Of a stretch of 64,000 nucleotides of DNA, positions 51,067-63,439 are shown piece by piece. The position numbers were made by a program, and so were the translations under genes. The stretch spans positions 56,668,001-56,732,000 of the forward strand of contig NC_043009.1 in NCBI RefSeq assembly GCF_006345805.1, read 5' to 3'. The notes beneath the pieces were generated by a model. The model made no database searches, was not told the DNA's origin, and was given only the letters and a program-made list of their open reading frames with translations. This stretch comes from Octopus sinensis (Eukaryota). Each line of letters starts with the position of its first letter. Positions within the stretch are counted from its first letter, which is position 1.

Positions 51067-51609
51067 GTGTGTGCGAGTGTGTGTTTACAAGTGTATATTT
51101 GTGTATGTATGCACCACATAACTACATGCTCGTCTCTTCCCAACACTCAGACACGAACATACACATATTAACACATAGCGTTTGAATAAAGTAAGTTTTT
51201 ACTCAGTCCGTGGGATGGGATGGGCGAACTCATGGCATTATAAACAAAACACTAAGCTTTTACTTAAATATTGGTGTGCCAGAGGTTGGTACAGGGAGGT
51301 GGGGGTGACTATATGTCGACGATGCAAATACCTCATTCTTCATTATTGCTGGAAGATAATATGTTCGCAGAGAAACAGGAAATCATTTTGATTCGGACCA
51401 ATGACGACGGAGAATTTTTTTGAAAAAAACCAAAATGCTCGAGCCAAGAAAATACGCATTCACATACGCTCTTAACAGTTCGTACACACATACTTGCATA
51501 GATACATATATGCAGGCGTGCGTATGTACATTCGTGTATATACGTATTTTTACTTATAAATACAAGCATAAATATATGCATATACATACATACATACATA
51601 TATATATAC

Positions 51610-51656
<47 letters not shown>

Positions 51657-51998
51657 ATAAATGTATATATATATGTATATAAATTTATATGCGCGTGTGT
51701 GTGTGTGTATATATATGTATTTATGCATTATCTATATATGTACGCATGTATCTATTTATCTATATATATGTGTGTATGTAGGTATATAATGTGTGTATAA
51801 TCCCCCCCCATCTCTCTCTCCACACACACGTGTGTGTATGTGCATATGAATTGTATATGTTCTTTATGATAATTTACGTATGCATACATGCTTATGAATA
51901 TGTGTAGGAAAAGAATATTGTACAGTATATATTGCAAAGTATATTAAAAATATATACAATCTATGTATGTGTACATTATATATATATACATATATACA

Positions 51999-52830
51999 CT
52001 AGATGAACCCGCCAAATTGAACCTCCAAATTGAAAATGTCGATACGCAGCGAGAAAGGAAAAAGTACTAATTTGAACTTCATGCAAAAATTCTTAAATAA
52101 CACAGTTCCCCTGCCTTTAATATGACAACATAAACACGACCAAGTGTTTCTTCTTTGAAGCCATTCAAATGACCTACTCTTTCCCCTCGCTTTCTTCTTT
52201 GCCATTTTTTGTTACTACTGTTCCAGTGAAATACATGGGTGCTTTAGCATAAAGTAATGTTTTTTGCAAAGTTATCATTGATGCACAATGAAAAGAATTC
52301 TGTCAATGTTTTTCTCATATGTCGTTCATTGATAGCCATATATATCCTCATCAAGACTATTGAAAAGGTTGCAAGACGCAACGAAAATTTTAGGAAAATA
52401 AAAATAAGAAGTGGAAATTTTACCGGTGAGTGTGTTACATTATAAGGCACAAAAAGAAAATGACTCTCTCCAGACACAACAGTATATCCTCATAATTTCA
52501 GAGCAATATTCTTAGTTCATCTGGTAGACGAACTTGCCATTTCACTATTGTAGTTGCTCTTTCATGAATTGAAAATCCTAAAATAGATGCAACTGCTTCG
52601 GATGGCCCACTATATATATTGACTAATTTCGTTATCTTTGTTTATTTGAACAGCAGCTTGGTCATTTATTTTCTGTATGTACTGAATGACGTTCTTAATT
52701 GACCTCACTAAGGCAACGATTTCAAATTTGCAGTGGCATTTGAATGTTCTTAAAAGAGTTTCATTATAAGGTACAACCCATTTGTTGTCTCTTTTTCCAT
52801 TCTTATGAGATTTAACTCCTCCCATTGCAA
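51999..52830 (-). mobile_element. Helitron remnant: RepHel fragment with a 3' CTAG terminus
   Basis: Minus strand gives DNKWVVPYNETLLRTFKCHCKFEIVALVRSIKNVIQYIQKINDQAAVQINKDNEISQY (cf. DNRWVVPYNPxLLxxFxCHINVE..SxKSxKYxxKYxxKGxD), TLTEFFSLCINDNFAK and APMYFT. Ends GGCGGGTTCATCTAG|T. Confidence 0.85.
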
Positions 52831-54568
52831 CTGATCTTCGTTTATGATAAAGATTTGATGATAAAGATTAATATTGTATTTTAAATGAAATAGTAATTAT
52901 TCCCCTTTAAGAAAAACTATCAAGTACCCTTGATTCAAAAATAGCTCATCAAAATATAGGGAGAATTTCTATCTTTCGAGTCCACAGCGCTCCGAAAGTT
53001 GTATAAATACTTAAGGGAAGAAAAAAGAAAGTAAGAAAAGAGGACGGACGGCAGTAGCTGGCACAACTCTTTGAAGTGTCGACATTTTCAACACGACTTT
53101 TTTTCTTAAAGTGAGAAATGACTATTTTATTTGTAATCGTTATCATCTTAATCAAATGGTAGGAAAATAGACAAACTGTGAGTTTTAGTATTATGTATGT
53201 GTGTGTGTACATTCTTGATGTATCTTGTAATGTATGTTATCCTGTATCCCACCCCATACAAAGGATTAATCCAACAATTACTATTTTAAGTTTAGTAATT
53301 TACTTAACGTCCCAAAGAGATACACAAGCAAAATGGTATGATAACAACCATGTCTAACTTCTCCTTTTTCTTCTCTAGGTTCTTTTTAATTTATTCTTCA
53401 CTCTGGTGAAGCTCCATGTTTCAGATGGGTTTCATTACCAAATATGATAAATATTTTTAGCATATCAATGGCAATACCATACAACATTAGAAGCAAAAAC
53501 AGCTGTTAGATGGGATGCAGTCTATATGTATTGAATGAATAAATAATAATTGATATCATTCAATTGTTGTTCATCATTATTTCTCCACTTTTTGTTTTCT
53601 TTAAATTTTGATTCTGGATAAACTCTTGTTTATCCTTATCTTTGCCTATAATTCATGAGCATAATATGCTTACTTGCATATGTATGCCCATGTTAAACAT
53701 GGATGATATACCGGTAGTATAATGGATACTTCTATCCCCAGACGGTTATTTTAACCTCTAACTCAGCTAACCTGATATATATATAAAATAATGAGGGTGA
53801 AAAATTGAATATTAATTTGATTAATATCAATTTAAAACCAGTGGTCTAGCATATTGAAAAATTTGAAGATTCGGAAAAACTATATTTCATACATATAAGA
53901 GAGATGACCACTAAGTGGACATCCATTATGCTAGAAGTAGACCCCCTATGGTCTTACCACTAAGAAACGATGAAACGATTGTTCTCAGGAAAATTTAGCA
54001 AACGCCAGAACGTAAGCGAGCAAGACAAATGAAAAGATACGAAATATAAAGATGAATCACAAACCCGGTTATTGTGTACGTGATGTATAATAAATATATA
54101 AAAATTGAAATTTACATCCTACGCACATATCTCATCTCGATCCTGTCCCTGAGTTAGTTACATAATATTTGAAGCTTTCTTATGTGCAGAGCATTTCGAA
54201 TTGATCAGTTCGGAAACAATTCTGGGGAATTTACTGTTTCCAGTTGCAGGCAATTAACCAGTTAACAATGTGTAACACAGAATAATTTTTTAGAAATTGT
54301 GCTATAAAGCAATTTCTGCAGATATGCTGACATTCTATAGAAAAGACGGTATGAAAAATTCTTTTTAAACTTTCCATAAAATATTCTTGCTAAGGACACC
54401 CTCTGCGTTGAAGCAATAGATGCAGACATGCTTTTGTTAAGGACCCCCTCTGCGGCGAAGCAACGGATACGCAGATATGTCAAAACTAATGATTAGTGAA
54501 TACAATTTGCGATAAATTAGTTTTATCGCGTGATGTGGTTTGGTGAGTAATAGTGTAGTGAGGTAGTG

Positions 54569-54885
54569 AGGACACATGACTTAGTGGTTAGGATACTCTG
54601 TTCGCGATCGTAAGGTCGTGAGTTCGATTCCCGGCGGCGGGTTGTGTCCGTGAGCAAGTCACTTTATTTCACGTTACTCCGATTCATTCAGCTGGCAAAA
54701 GTGGGTTTTACCTATATTTCAAAGGGTCAGCCTTGTTACACTCTGTATCATGCTGCATCTTTCTGAGAACTACGTTAAAGGTACGCATGTCTGTGGAGTG
54801 CTCAACCACTTGCACGATAATTTCGCGAGTTGGCTATTCTGTTCATCGGATCAACTGGAACCCTTGTAACCGATGAGGTGCCAGA
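54569..54885 (+). mobile_element. SINE family C
   Basis: TGACTTAGTGGTTAGG...CGATCGTAAGGTCGTGAGTTCGATTCCCGG, then TTGTGTCCGTGAGCAAGTCACTTTATTTCACGTT. Confidence 0.75.
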
Positions 54886-55019
54886 AGTGTCATGTGGTGT
54901 TAGGGCTGTAGTATAGTAAATTGTACAATGATGTCGTATTTAGCGGTGTACTGCTTGTTGTATGAAGTGATCCATAGTAGTGTATAAAGGGTATGGCCAT
55001 AGTATTAAATGGTATCATG

Positions 55020-55205
55020 TTTGTGGCGATAGCGATGATGATGAAGATGGTGGTTGAGGTAGTGGTGTGGCGATGGCGATGATGATGGTGGTTGTGGTAG
55101 TGGTGGTCGTGATGGCAATGATGATGATGATGATGGTGATGACGATGATGGTGGTGGTAGTGGTAGTGATGGTGGTGATAACGATGATGATGATTCCGAT
55201 GGTGT
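55020..55205. repeat. (GAT)/(GGT)n trinucleotide tract
   Basis: Directly visible. Confidence 0.9.
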
Positions 55206-55260
55206 GGTATATAGTAGCGTGGTATGATACGGTATAATGTGGCGTTTGGCGCTGTTATCC

Positions 55261-55300
<40 letters not shown>

Positions 55301-55567
55301 CGTGTGTGTCAGTATATAGTGATACGGTGTGTCTTACATAAGAAAAATAACGAAAAATAAAAAGTTGTGAAATAAGATCAAATGTTGAAATAAATACAAG
55401 AACGAGTTTCTTTAACCTTCAAGATTTGAAGGAAATAGTTGGTTAGTTTGTTCAGAAACAATCTTAAAGGTGCGATATGTGTATGTATGTCTAAGTTTGT
55501 GTATGTGTGCATGTACGTATGCGTGTGTGTGTATATGTGTATGTGTGTGTGTTTATATGTATATATG

Positions 55568-55665
<98 letters not shown>

Positions 55666-55731
55666 GAATATATATATGCACACACATATTCATGTAGATG
55701 TATGTTTGTATGTATGTGTGTGCGTGTATAC

Positions 55732-55765
<34 letters not shown>

Positions 55766-56290
55766 TCACACACACACATATATATATAGAGAGAGAAAGA
55801 CAGAGAGAAGTAGGAGTGAGACACAGACAGATAAACTGTAAATTAAAGCGTGCAGGAAATAAATTTCACAGAAAATTTGGTTAGAATTTTGATTATTGGC
55901 CAAGTAGATGACGAGAGACAATGCCGCTGTTGATGACGGTGATGATGATGATGGGGTGTGTGCTATTTAGTAATTGTGATGGTAGCCATGCTGGTTGTTA
56001 TATATTTTATTATTGTTGTCTTTGGTGTTGTTGCTAATATCGTCATTATTAAGATGGCGAACTGTTAAAATCGTTAGCGCGAGGGACAAAATGCTTAACT
56101 GCAATTCTTTCAACGCTTTACGTCATCTGTTCGAATACCGCCGAGGTTAATTTTGTTGCATTCCCTCCCACAAAACTGCTAGACTTGTGCTAAAATTTGA
56201 AACATTTGGTAGTTTCAGGCAAATTTCTATTGCATCACCTGCTATACCGCTGTGTTGCTGGGGTGTGTGCAGCAATTATTATCATTATTA

Positions 56291-56510
56291 AAGGTGGCGA
56301 GCTGGCAGTGACGTTAGCACACCGGGCAAAATGCTTAGCGCATTTCGCACGATTTTATGTTCTGAGTTCAAATTCCGCCGGAGTCGACTTTGTCTTTCAT
56401 CCTTTCGGAGTCGATAAATTAAGTACCAGTGAAACACTGGGGTTCGAGTGTTCGACCAGTCCCCTCCCCACAAATTTCAGGCCTTGTGCCTATTGTAGAA
56501 AAGATTATTA
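56291..56510 (+). mobile_element. SINE family B with alternative tail (an older copy lies at 56052-56200)
   Basis: AAGGTGGCGAGCTGGCAG...GAGTTCAAATTCCGCC...CATCCTTTCGGAGTCGATAAATTAAGTACC...AAATTTCAGGCCTTGTGCC. Confidence 0.82.
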
Positions 56511-56520
56511 TCATTATTGT

Positions 56521-57075
56521 TGAGTGAGAGAGCAGTGCATGCCATCAAAGTAACACTGGGGTAAAATATACGAAGCCCCGTATACTAATCATGACGACCC
56601 GTCTGATAAGGGTACACTTGGCACATGCATGACTATTATATGTGAATAACATGGTGATCTCATATCAAGATAAACGGCGCATGATCTTGCAGGTGGGGCC
56701 CAGTTAGAATTTTCTGCAGGTCGAGTACCTCATCCTGCTCAAAAAGTCCCTGAATAAGGGTTGTTTAAGGATGCTGAACGAAACACCCGTGTTTCCAGAG
56801 GTGAATTATCCAAACCCCAAAGAATTCCTCTTAACACATGACTATGATGCTCCCCCACTACTGCTATTCATGATCAGAGATGCACATATCGTCAGCTACT
56901 AAGGGACATGCTCAACTTGTTACGGTCAAACAAGTGACAAGCAAATCTATAGTATTGAGCAGAATATTTGCTGTAGACCATCTTTTATACCAAGACAAAA
57001 CAGTGCACACGATAACACTTCAAATCAGTTAAGATCAGAAGCCATGAGAGTCAGTACCTGGTACAGCTAAAAGGC

Positions 57076-57113
<38 letters not shown>

Positions 57114-57201
57114 TATTATTATTATTATATTATTATTATTAATTATTAATTATTATTATTATTATTTATTATTTTATTATTATTATTAATTATTATTATT
57201 A

Positions 57202-57248
<47 letters not shown>

Positions 57249-57262
57249 CAATATTATTATTA

Positions 57263-57305
<43 letters not shown>

Positions 57306-57901
57306 ATTATCATTATTATTATTATTATCATCATCATCATCATCATTGAGTGAGAGAGCAGTGCATGGCATCAAAGTAACACTGGTGTAAAATATACGAA
57401 GCCCAGTATACTCATCATGACTACCTGTCTGATAAGGGTTCACCAGGCACATGCATCACAACCATATGTGCGCAACATGATGATCTCATATCAAGATAAA
57501 CAGCACATGACCTTGCAGGTGGAGCCCAGTTAGAATTTTCTTCTGGTCGAGTAACCCACCCTGCTCAAAAGGTCCCTGAATAAGGGCTGTTTAAGCATGT
57601 TGAACGAAACACCCATGTTTCCAGAGGTGAATTATTCAAACCCCAAAGAATCCCTCTCAACACATGGCTATGATGCTCCCCCACTACTTCTGCTCATGAT
57701 CAGAGATGCACATATTGTCAGCCACTAAGGGACATGCTCAACTGGTTAAGGTCAAACAACTGACAAGCAAATCTGTGGTATTGAGCAGAATATTTGCTGT
57801 AGCCCATCTTTTATACCAAGACAAAACAATGCACATGATAACACTTCCAATCAGTTAAGAGCAGAAGCCATGAGAGTCACTGTCTGGTACTGCATCAGGG
57901 C
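56521..57901 (-). mobile_element. Two ~555-bp copies of one non-coding element (56521-57075, 57347-57901) separated and flanked by (ATT)n
   Basis: Both begin TGAGTGAGAGAGCAGTGCATG and align end to end with scattered substitutions. A ~270-bp (ATT)n tract lies between them. Strand is inferred from the (TAA)n tail. Confidence 0.8.
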
Positions 57902-57928
57902 AGTTATTATTATTGTTATTATTATCAT

Positions 57929-57985
<57 letters not shown>

Positions 57986-58439
57986 ATCAACAACAATAAC
58001 AGCAACAGTAGCACCACTAACACGATAAACAGCACTAGCACAGCTGCCACCAGAAAAGTTAAGCTGAAGTGCTTAAGTCAGTCGAATTCCATAGAAAACA
58101 AATTTCAGTTCTACATCCGCTCTCAAAACAGCAACTGACGACAACTACAACAACAACAACAACAGCAGCAGCAACAACAGTAACGATAACAACAATGACT
58201 GCAGTGTGACTCGCAGGAACAACAACACTCATCACCACTATTATAGTAACGGAGACAATTATTACAACAGCTTCTACCTGCAGCAATATCGCCGTCATCA
58301 TTATAGCCATTAAGAAAAAAATGAAAAAAAGATTTCTGCCGTCATCGTCACCACCACCGCCGCCGTCGCCTACGATATAAACAAACAATGCAGTGTCGTT
58401 TTCAAGTGTTGCACAAACGTAGATTGAACATTCGCTTTG

Positions 58440-59795
58440 TAATATGGCGGTGTTCAAGCAGAAGTATAAATAGTGTTTAGAAAGACTTAAACTGTTCGCG
58501 CTACCAGAACTGGAGAGGGAAGACATCCAAAGAAGGAACCGGAGCTGATGCGTCAACAAGAAGACCAGGAAGATTGAAAAGTTCTATCCCCAGCACAGAC
58601 ACGAAAATAAATGAAGGATATGTGAGGTTCCAAATGACAATACAAAGGGAAATCAACAGAGGACGTTGGTGACTTTATTCTTCAATGAAGAAAGGGATAG
58701 AAAAGATGTCGTCTCAAAATATAGGCGCAGGTACTGTGCATTCCTGAAAGATCCTAGACCCCATCATACTTTGAAAGTGGAGATCTGATAAGGGTTGCAG
58801 CAGAAGGTAAGATAGCCAGGTGATACACGTGAAGTAGCACCAACCCTCGTGCCTGAGGACATAAACTACAGTTGTAGTATCCACAGAAGCAGGTAAGAAC
58901 AGAGGCAGTGATAGCAGCAGCAACGATAGCAAGAACAACTGAAAGTAACACCAACATTACTACCAAAGCAATGAAAGGAATAACTGTTATCACGCCCAAA
59001 ACAGGAAGTTATACAAGGATATCCTCCCATCCGAACAACATGAACATTGACTCAAAATGCAGAAATATATATACGCATGCATCAACCAACGTCTACCCTT
59101 CCCCTGTGGTTTCTAATGAAATGGTGAAGAGGAGAAGAAGGGACTGGAGCATGGTGAAATGTCATTAGCAGAAGTGCTAAGAGGAAAGAAACAGATAACA
59201 GTTATCTGTTTCTTTCCTCTAAGCACTTCTGCTAAAAAAAAAAAAAAAAGAAAAAATCCGGTAAATTGATAAAACGTGAAACAGTGCTAAAATCAGTCAC
59301 TCACCAGTACAACTACCACAACAATATCAAGAATAATAAAAAACAAAACATCAAGTCTGAATCCACGGCCAATCGGCAACCACATCAATATCGTTGTTGT
59401 GTTTGCGCATCGTAGGTCTTCCATAGATGAAAGTGAAGGTGGACAAGGAAGTGCTACGTAGTAAATGTGTTGAAAGATAGGTGAGAGATGTGAACAAGGC
59501 CCCAGTAAATGGGTCTACCCTTAGCATACATGTGTGGGCCAAAGGAAAGCAGAAGGTACTAACCCTTGGTCGTCAAGATAATCCTTTATTTGTGGGCTTC
59601 TTTTGATTGTTCATGGGTGACAGTCTTATTCTAAAGACATTATAAAATGTGATACTTTGCTTATGCTTTCATTTTCTTCATTTTTCTTTTCTTATTCGAT
59701 TTTTATTTAAATTCGCCCTTTTGCTGTAAACTGTCTGTGTAATATCCTCTTAATATTTTCCCATCTGTCGCCTTGGTGGTGAATATAAAAAATCA
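58440..59795 (+). mobile_element. Heavily decayed, internally deleted Tx1/L1-like element (ORF1 remnant, ORF2 C-terminus, 3' UTR)
   Basis: LPELEREDIQ..KKTRKIEKF and ESGDLIRVAAEGKIAR*YT*SSTN (EG..CxxC position) parallel the 44-kb ORF1. MKVKVDKEVLRSKCVER*V...VNGSTLSI resembles a Tx1 ORF2 end. Confidence 0.45.
59165..59235. repeat. Near-perfect palindrome: 35-bp arms, 1-nt loop, followed by poly(A)
   Basis: TTAGCAGAAGTGCTAAGAGGAAAGAAACAGATAAC-A-GTTATCTGTTTCTTTCCTCTAAGCACTTCTGCTAA, one mismatch. Confidence 0.92.
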
Positions 59796-59839
59796 TTATC
59801 CTCCTCCTCATCATCATCATTATTATTATTATTAATGCT

Positions 59840-61080
59840 ATTATGGATGTGGGCTGTATCCGTGGGAACAATCTTTTTGCAGCTTTGACATTTTAGGGTT
59901 TTCTGGTATTTTGATCTCGGTATTAAAGAGCGCCGTTTGGTATTATCTCCAAAGCTTCGATGATCATAAGTACAGTTTTTGAGACTTCTGCTTCAAGGTC
60001 CTTGTATTTACTTGACTCTTCAAACGTTTTTACTGAGCTGTTGCCGTCTCCTCGGATGGATATATCTATGAGCTAACATGATATTTCACTATAATATCTG
60101 GTCTATTGGCCTGAACAGCTTGATCAGTTTGAATACTAAATTCCCAAAGAACAGCGATGTCACTATTTTCTAATACTTAAGCAGGTTTGTTTCCACTATT
60201 TCTTCTAATATGAGAGTCCAAACTCCCATATTAGAATTTTGTATCAATGAACTATTTTATGATATTAATGATGGACTATTTTATGATAAAAAAGCTATAG
60301 CTCAGAATAGGTATTGCCTGTGTGTTGATAGCATCAATCCTGTTTCTCCCATCAAGTTCGATTTTTAGGATTGCTCCAACTCTACGATAGCATTCTTCGC
60401 GTATTTATGGTTCCTGGATGCCACCCACCTCACAAACACCTAAATATTTACAGTTTTTCTTCTGCATCTGATTCGTTGATTATGATAGCCATGTCTAGCT
60501 GCATGTTGTAGATTTTTAAGAGTTTTCCTTTAAAAAATATGACCTTAGGGTATTTATCAAGGCCATATTCCATTTCACTATCGCCATTAAATTGTTTTAC
60601 TATCGTTAAAAGTCGATCCGCTTGTTGATCACCTTTCGCAAAAAAGGTGATTGATTGATCTATCGTGTGTTCTGCATTCCTAAGAGAATTGATGATAGAG
60701 AATCATCTTGAAAAATACCGCAGAATATATGAATGACATCAGCGTTCACAGTACCTGCCACAGAATTCAGTATTAAAATTGTTTTCCAGCGTTTCATATT
60801 TCAGAGAAAATTATCAACAACTTGAGATACTTTATGGATTTCCAAACATTGTTAGCTTTCCCCATAAATGGATTTCTCAATCCATTCATGGTGAAGGCTA
60901 ACAAGCGTTTTTTTTCTTTTTGTTTTTTGTAATCAATCTATGCAATGGAAAGATTTGCTCTCGTTTATGGCACTTCCTTAAAATAATTTTATTGATTAAA
61001 AGCAGGACTTTACACCCATACGAAGCTGTTTCTTTTTAGTTTGAGCAGATATATTTTCCTCCGATGTTGCCTCATATCAA
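59840..61080 (-). mobile_element. R4/Dong-clade non-LTR retrotransposon remnant (RT plus restriction-like endonuclease)
   Basis: Minus strand gives LSIA*IDY, GIFQDDSLS, EMEYGLDK, KYLGV and VLENSDIAVLWEFSIQTDQAVQANRPDIIV...LIDISI...KYKDLE. The 3' end abuts (TAA)n. Confidence 0.85.
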
Positions 61081-61334
61081 GTTATGATATATAAACTGAC
61101 TCTTTTATGATGCTATATGTCTGTTGTCCTTGTTACGATATGCGTTAAGATATGTCTTCTGTCTATGTTACAGTGTGCCAAGCGCATTTATTATGACAGC
61201 AACGTGTTATGATATTCCACCTTTCCACTGATCGTAGAATACTTATACAATACACTCGAAAATTTCATGTAAGCCTGAAAATATTCAAGATACTTTTGGT
61301 GACCGTGAAAAAGGACATACACTTGAATGCTGTT

Positions 61335-61540
61335 TAAAATGTTGGCACAGGGCCAGTAACTTCGGTGGAGGGTAAATCGATTACATCGACCCCAGTGCTC
61401 CACTGGCATTTATTTTATCGACTCCGAAAGGATGAAAGGCTAAATCGACCTTGGCGAAATTTGAACTCTAAACATAAAGTCTGACAGAATGTTGCTAAAC
61501 ATTTCGTCCAGCATGCAGACGATTCTGCCTGCTCGCCGCC
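61335..61540 (-). mobile_element. SINE family B
   Basis: Reverse complement of the family B head and core. Confidence 0.8.
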
Positions 61541-61586
61541 ATTATACCGTTTATAATATTCAGGTTACAGTGTATTGAACATTTGT

Positions 61587-61895
61587 GAAGGCGCATGGCT
61601 CAGTGGTTAGAGTGTCGAGCTTACGATCGTGAGGTTGTGAGCTCGAATCCCGGACCGGGCAGTGTGTTGTGTTCTTGAGCAAGACACTTTAGTTCACGTT
61701 GCTCCAGTTCACTCAGCTTTAGAAATGATTTGCGACGTCACAGGTGCCAAGCTATATCGGCTTTTGCCTTTCCCTTGGATAACACTGCATGGGCGACTGC
61801 TGGTCTTCCATAAAACAACCTTGCCCGGACTTGTGCCTGGGAGGGTAGCTTTCCAGGGGCAATCCCATGGTTTGTGTCGTGACCGAAGGAAGTCT
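61587..61895 (+). mobile_element. SINE family C, best-preserved copy
   Basis: GGCGCATGGCTCAGTGGTTAGAG (A-box)...GCTCGAATCCC (B-box), then GTGTTCTTGAGCAAGACACTTTAGTTCACGTTGCTCCAGTTCACTCAGC. Confidence 0.8.
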
Positions 61896-62279
61896 CAGTA
61901 TTGAACATGATGTTGTATTGACCTACATACCATTATAAACATTTCATTGTGTTCGTTCGGACCCGGCATATGTATTTAATTTTCTTTTTCCAGTGCGCAG
62001 TTAAATTTTAATAGCGCAGTAGAAAATATACAAACATGGGAACATTTATACGAACGTTATTCGTAGATTAAAAGATAATTGATTCGTCAACAAATATATC
62101 ATTTACATTTCCGCCGAAAAATCATTAAGATTTGGCTTAACTCACAACAGCAGTGTCCTCGAAGTAAGACAGTAATAAGCTGTTTGAATTTTATCGCCTA
62201 TAGCTTGACAACCATTTTTTAAAACGCAGAACATAGCATATCTTAGTAGAGCGTATGTATGTATGTATGTATGTATGTA

Positions 62280-62355
<76 letters not shown>

Positions 62356-62398
62356 TGCGTGCGTGCGAGTGCGTGCGTGTGTGTCTAATTATATATAC

Positions 62399-63194
62399 GG
62401 CGAGCTGGCAGAAACGTTAGCACGCCGGGCGAAATGCTCAGCAGTATTTCGTCTGTCGCTACGTTCTGAATTCAAATTCCGCCGAGGTCGACTTTGCCTT
62501 TCATCCTTTCGGAGTCGATTTAAATAAGTACCAGTTACGCACTGAGGCCGATGTAAACGACCGACTTAATCCGTTTGTCTGTCCTTGTTTGTCCTCTCTG
62601 TATTTAGCCCCTTGTGGGTAGTAAAGAAATAGAAATAGGTATTTCGTCTGCCGTTACGTTCTGTGTTCAAATTCCGCTGAGATCGACTTTGCCTTTCATC
62701 CTTTCGGGGTCGATTAAATAAGTACCAGTTACGCACTGAGGCCGATGTAAACGACCGACTTAATCCGTTTGTCTGTCCTTGTTTGTCCTCTCTGTATTTA
62801 GCCCCTTGTGGGTAGTAAAGAAATAGAAATAGGTATTTCGTCTGCCGTTACGTTCTGTGTTCAAATTCCGCTGAGATCGACTTTGCCTTTCATCCTTTCG
62901 GGGTCGATTAAATAAGTACCAGTTACGCACTGGGGTCGATCTAATCGACTTAATCCGTTTGTCTGTCCTTGTTTGTCTTTTCTGTGTTTAGCCCCTTGTG
63001 AGTAGTAAAGAAATAGAAATAGGTATTTTGTCTGCCGTTACGTTCTGAGTTCAAGTTCCGCCGAGGTCGGCTTTGCTTTTCATCCTTTCGGAGTCGATTA
63101 AATAAATACCAGTTACGCACTGGGGTTGATGTAATCGACTTAATCCCTTTGTTTGTCTCCTCTATGTTTAGCCTCCTGTGGGCAATAAAGAAAT
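62399..63194 (+). mobile_element. SINE family B tetramer: one head plus four ~190-195-bp body units
   Basis: Units restart at GTATTT(C/T)GTCTG at 62444, 62639, 62833 and 63023; the array ends GGGCAATAAAGAAATA. Confidence 0.92.
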
Positions 63195-63273
63195 ATATAT
63201 ATACATGCACATACACATACATATGTATGTACACTTATATCTATATACACATATGTATCTCTCCATTCATCTA

Positions 63274-63379
<106 letters not shown>

Positions 63380-63439
63380 GATCTTATCTATCTATTTCAT
63401 CTCATTCAATACATAGTAATAATGAATCGAGAATATGCC

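Noticed and set aside
58059-58559. 166-aa hydrophobic ORF resembling a membrane protein
   Set aside because: Antisense reading of (CAA/CAG/CAC)-rich low-complexity sequence.
61589-61660. tRNA gene
   Set aside because: A- and B-boxes are present but the acceptor stem does not pair, and it continues into a multi-copy SINE body, so it is a SINE head.
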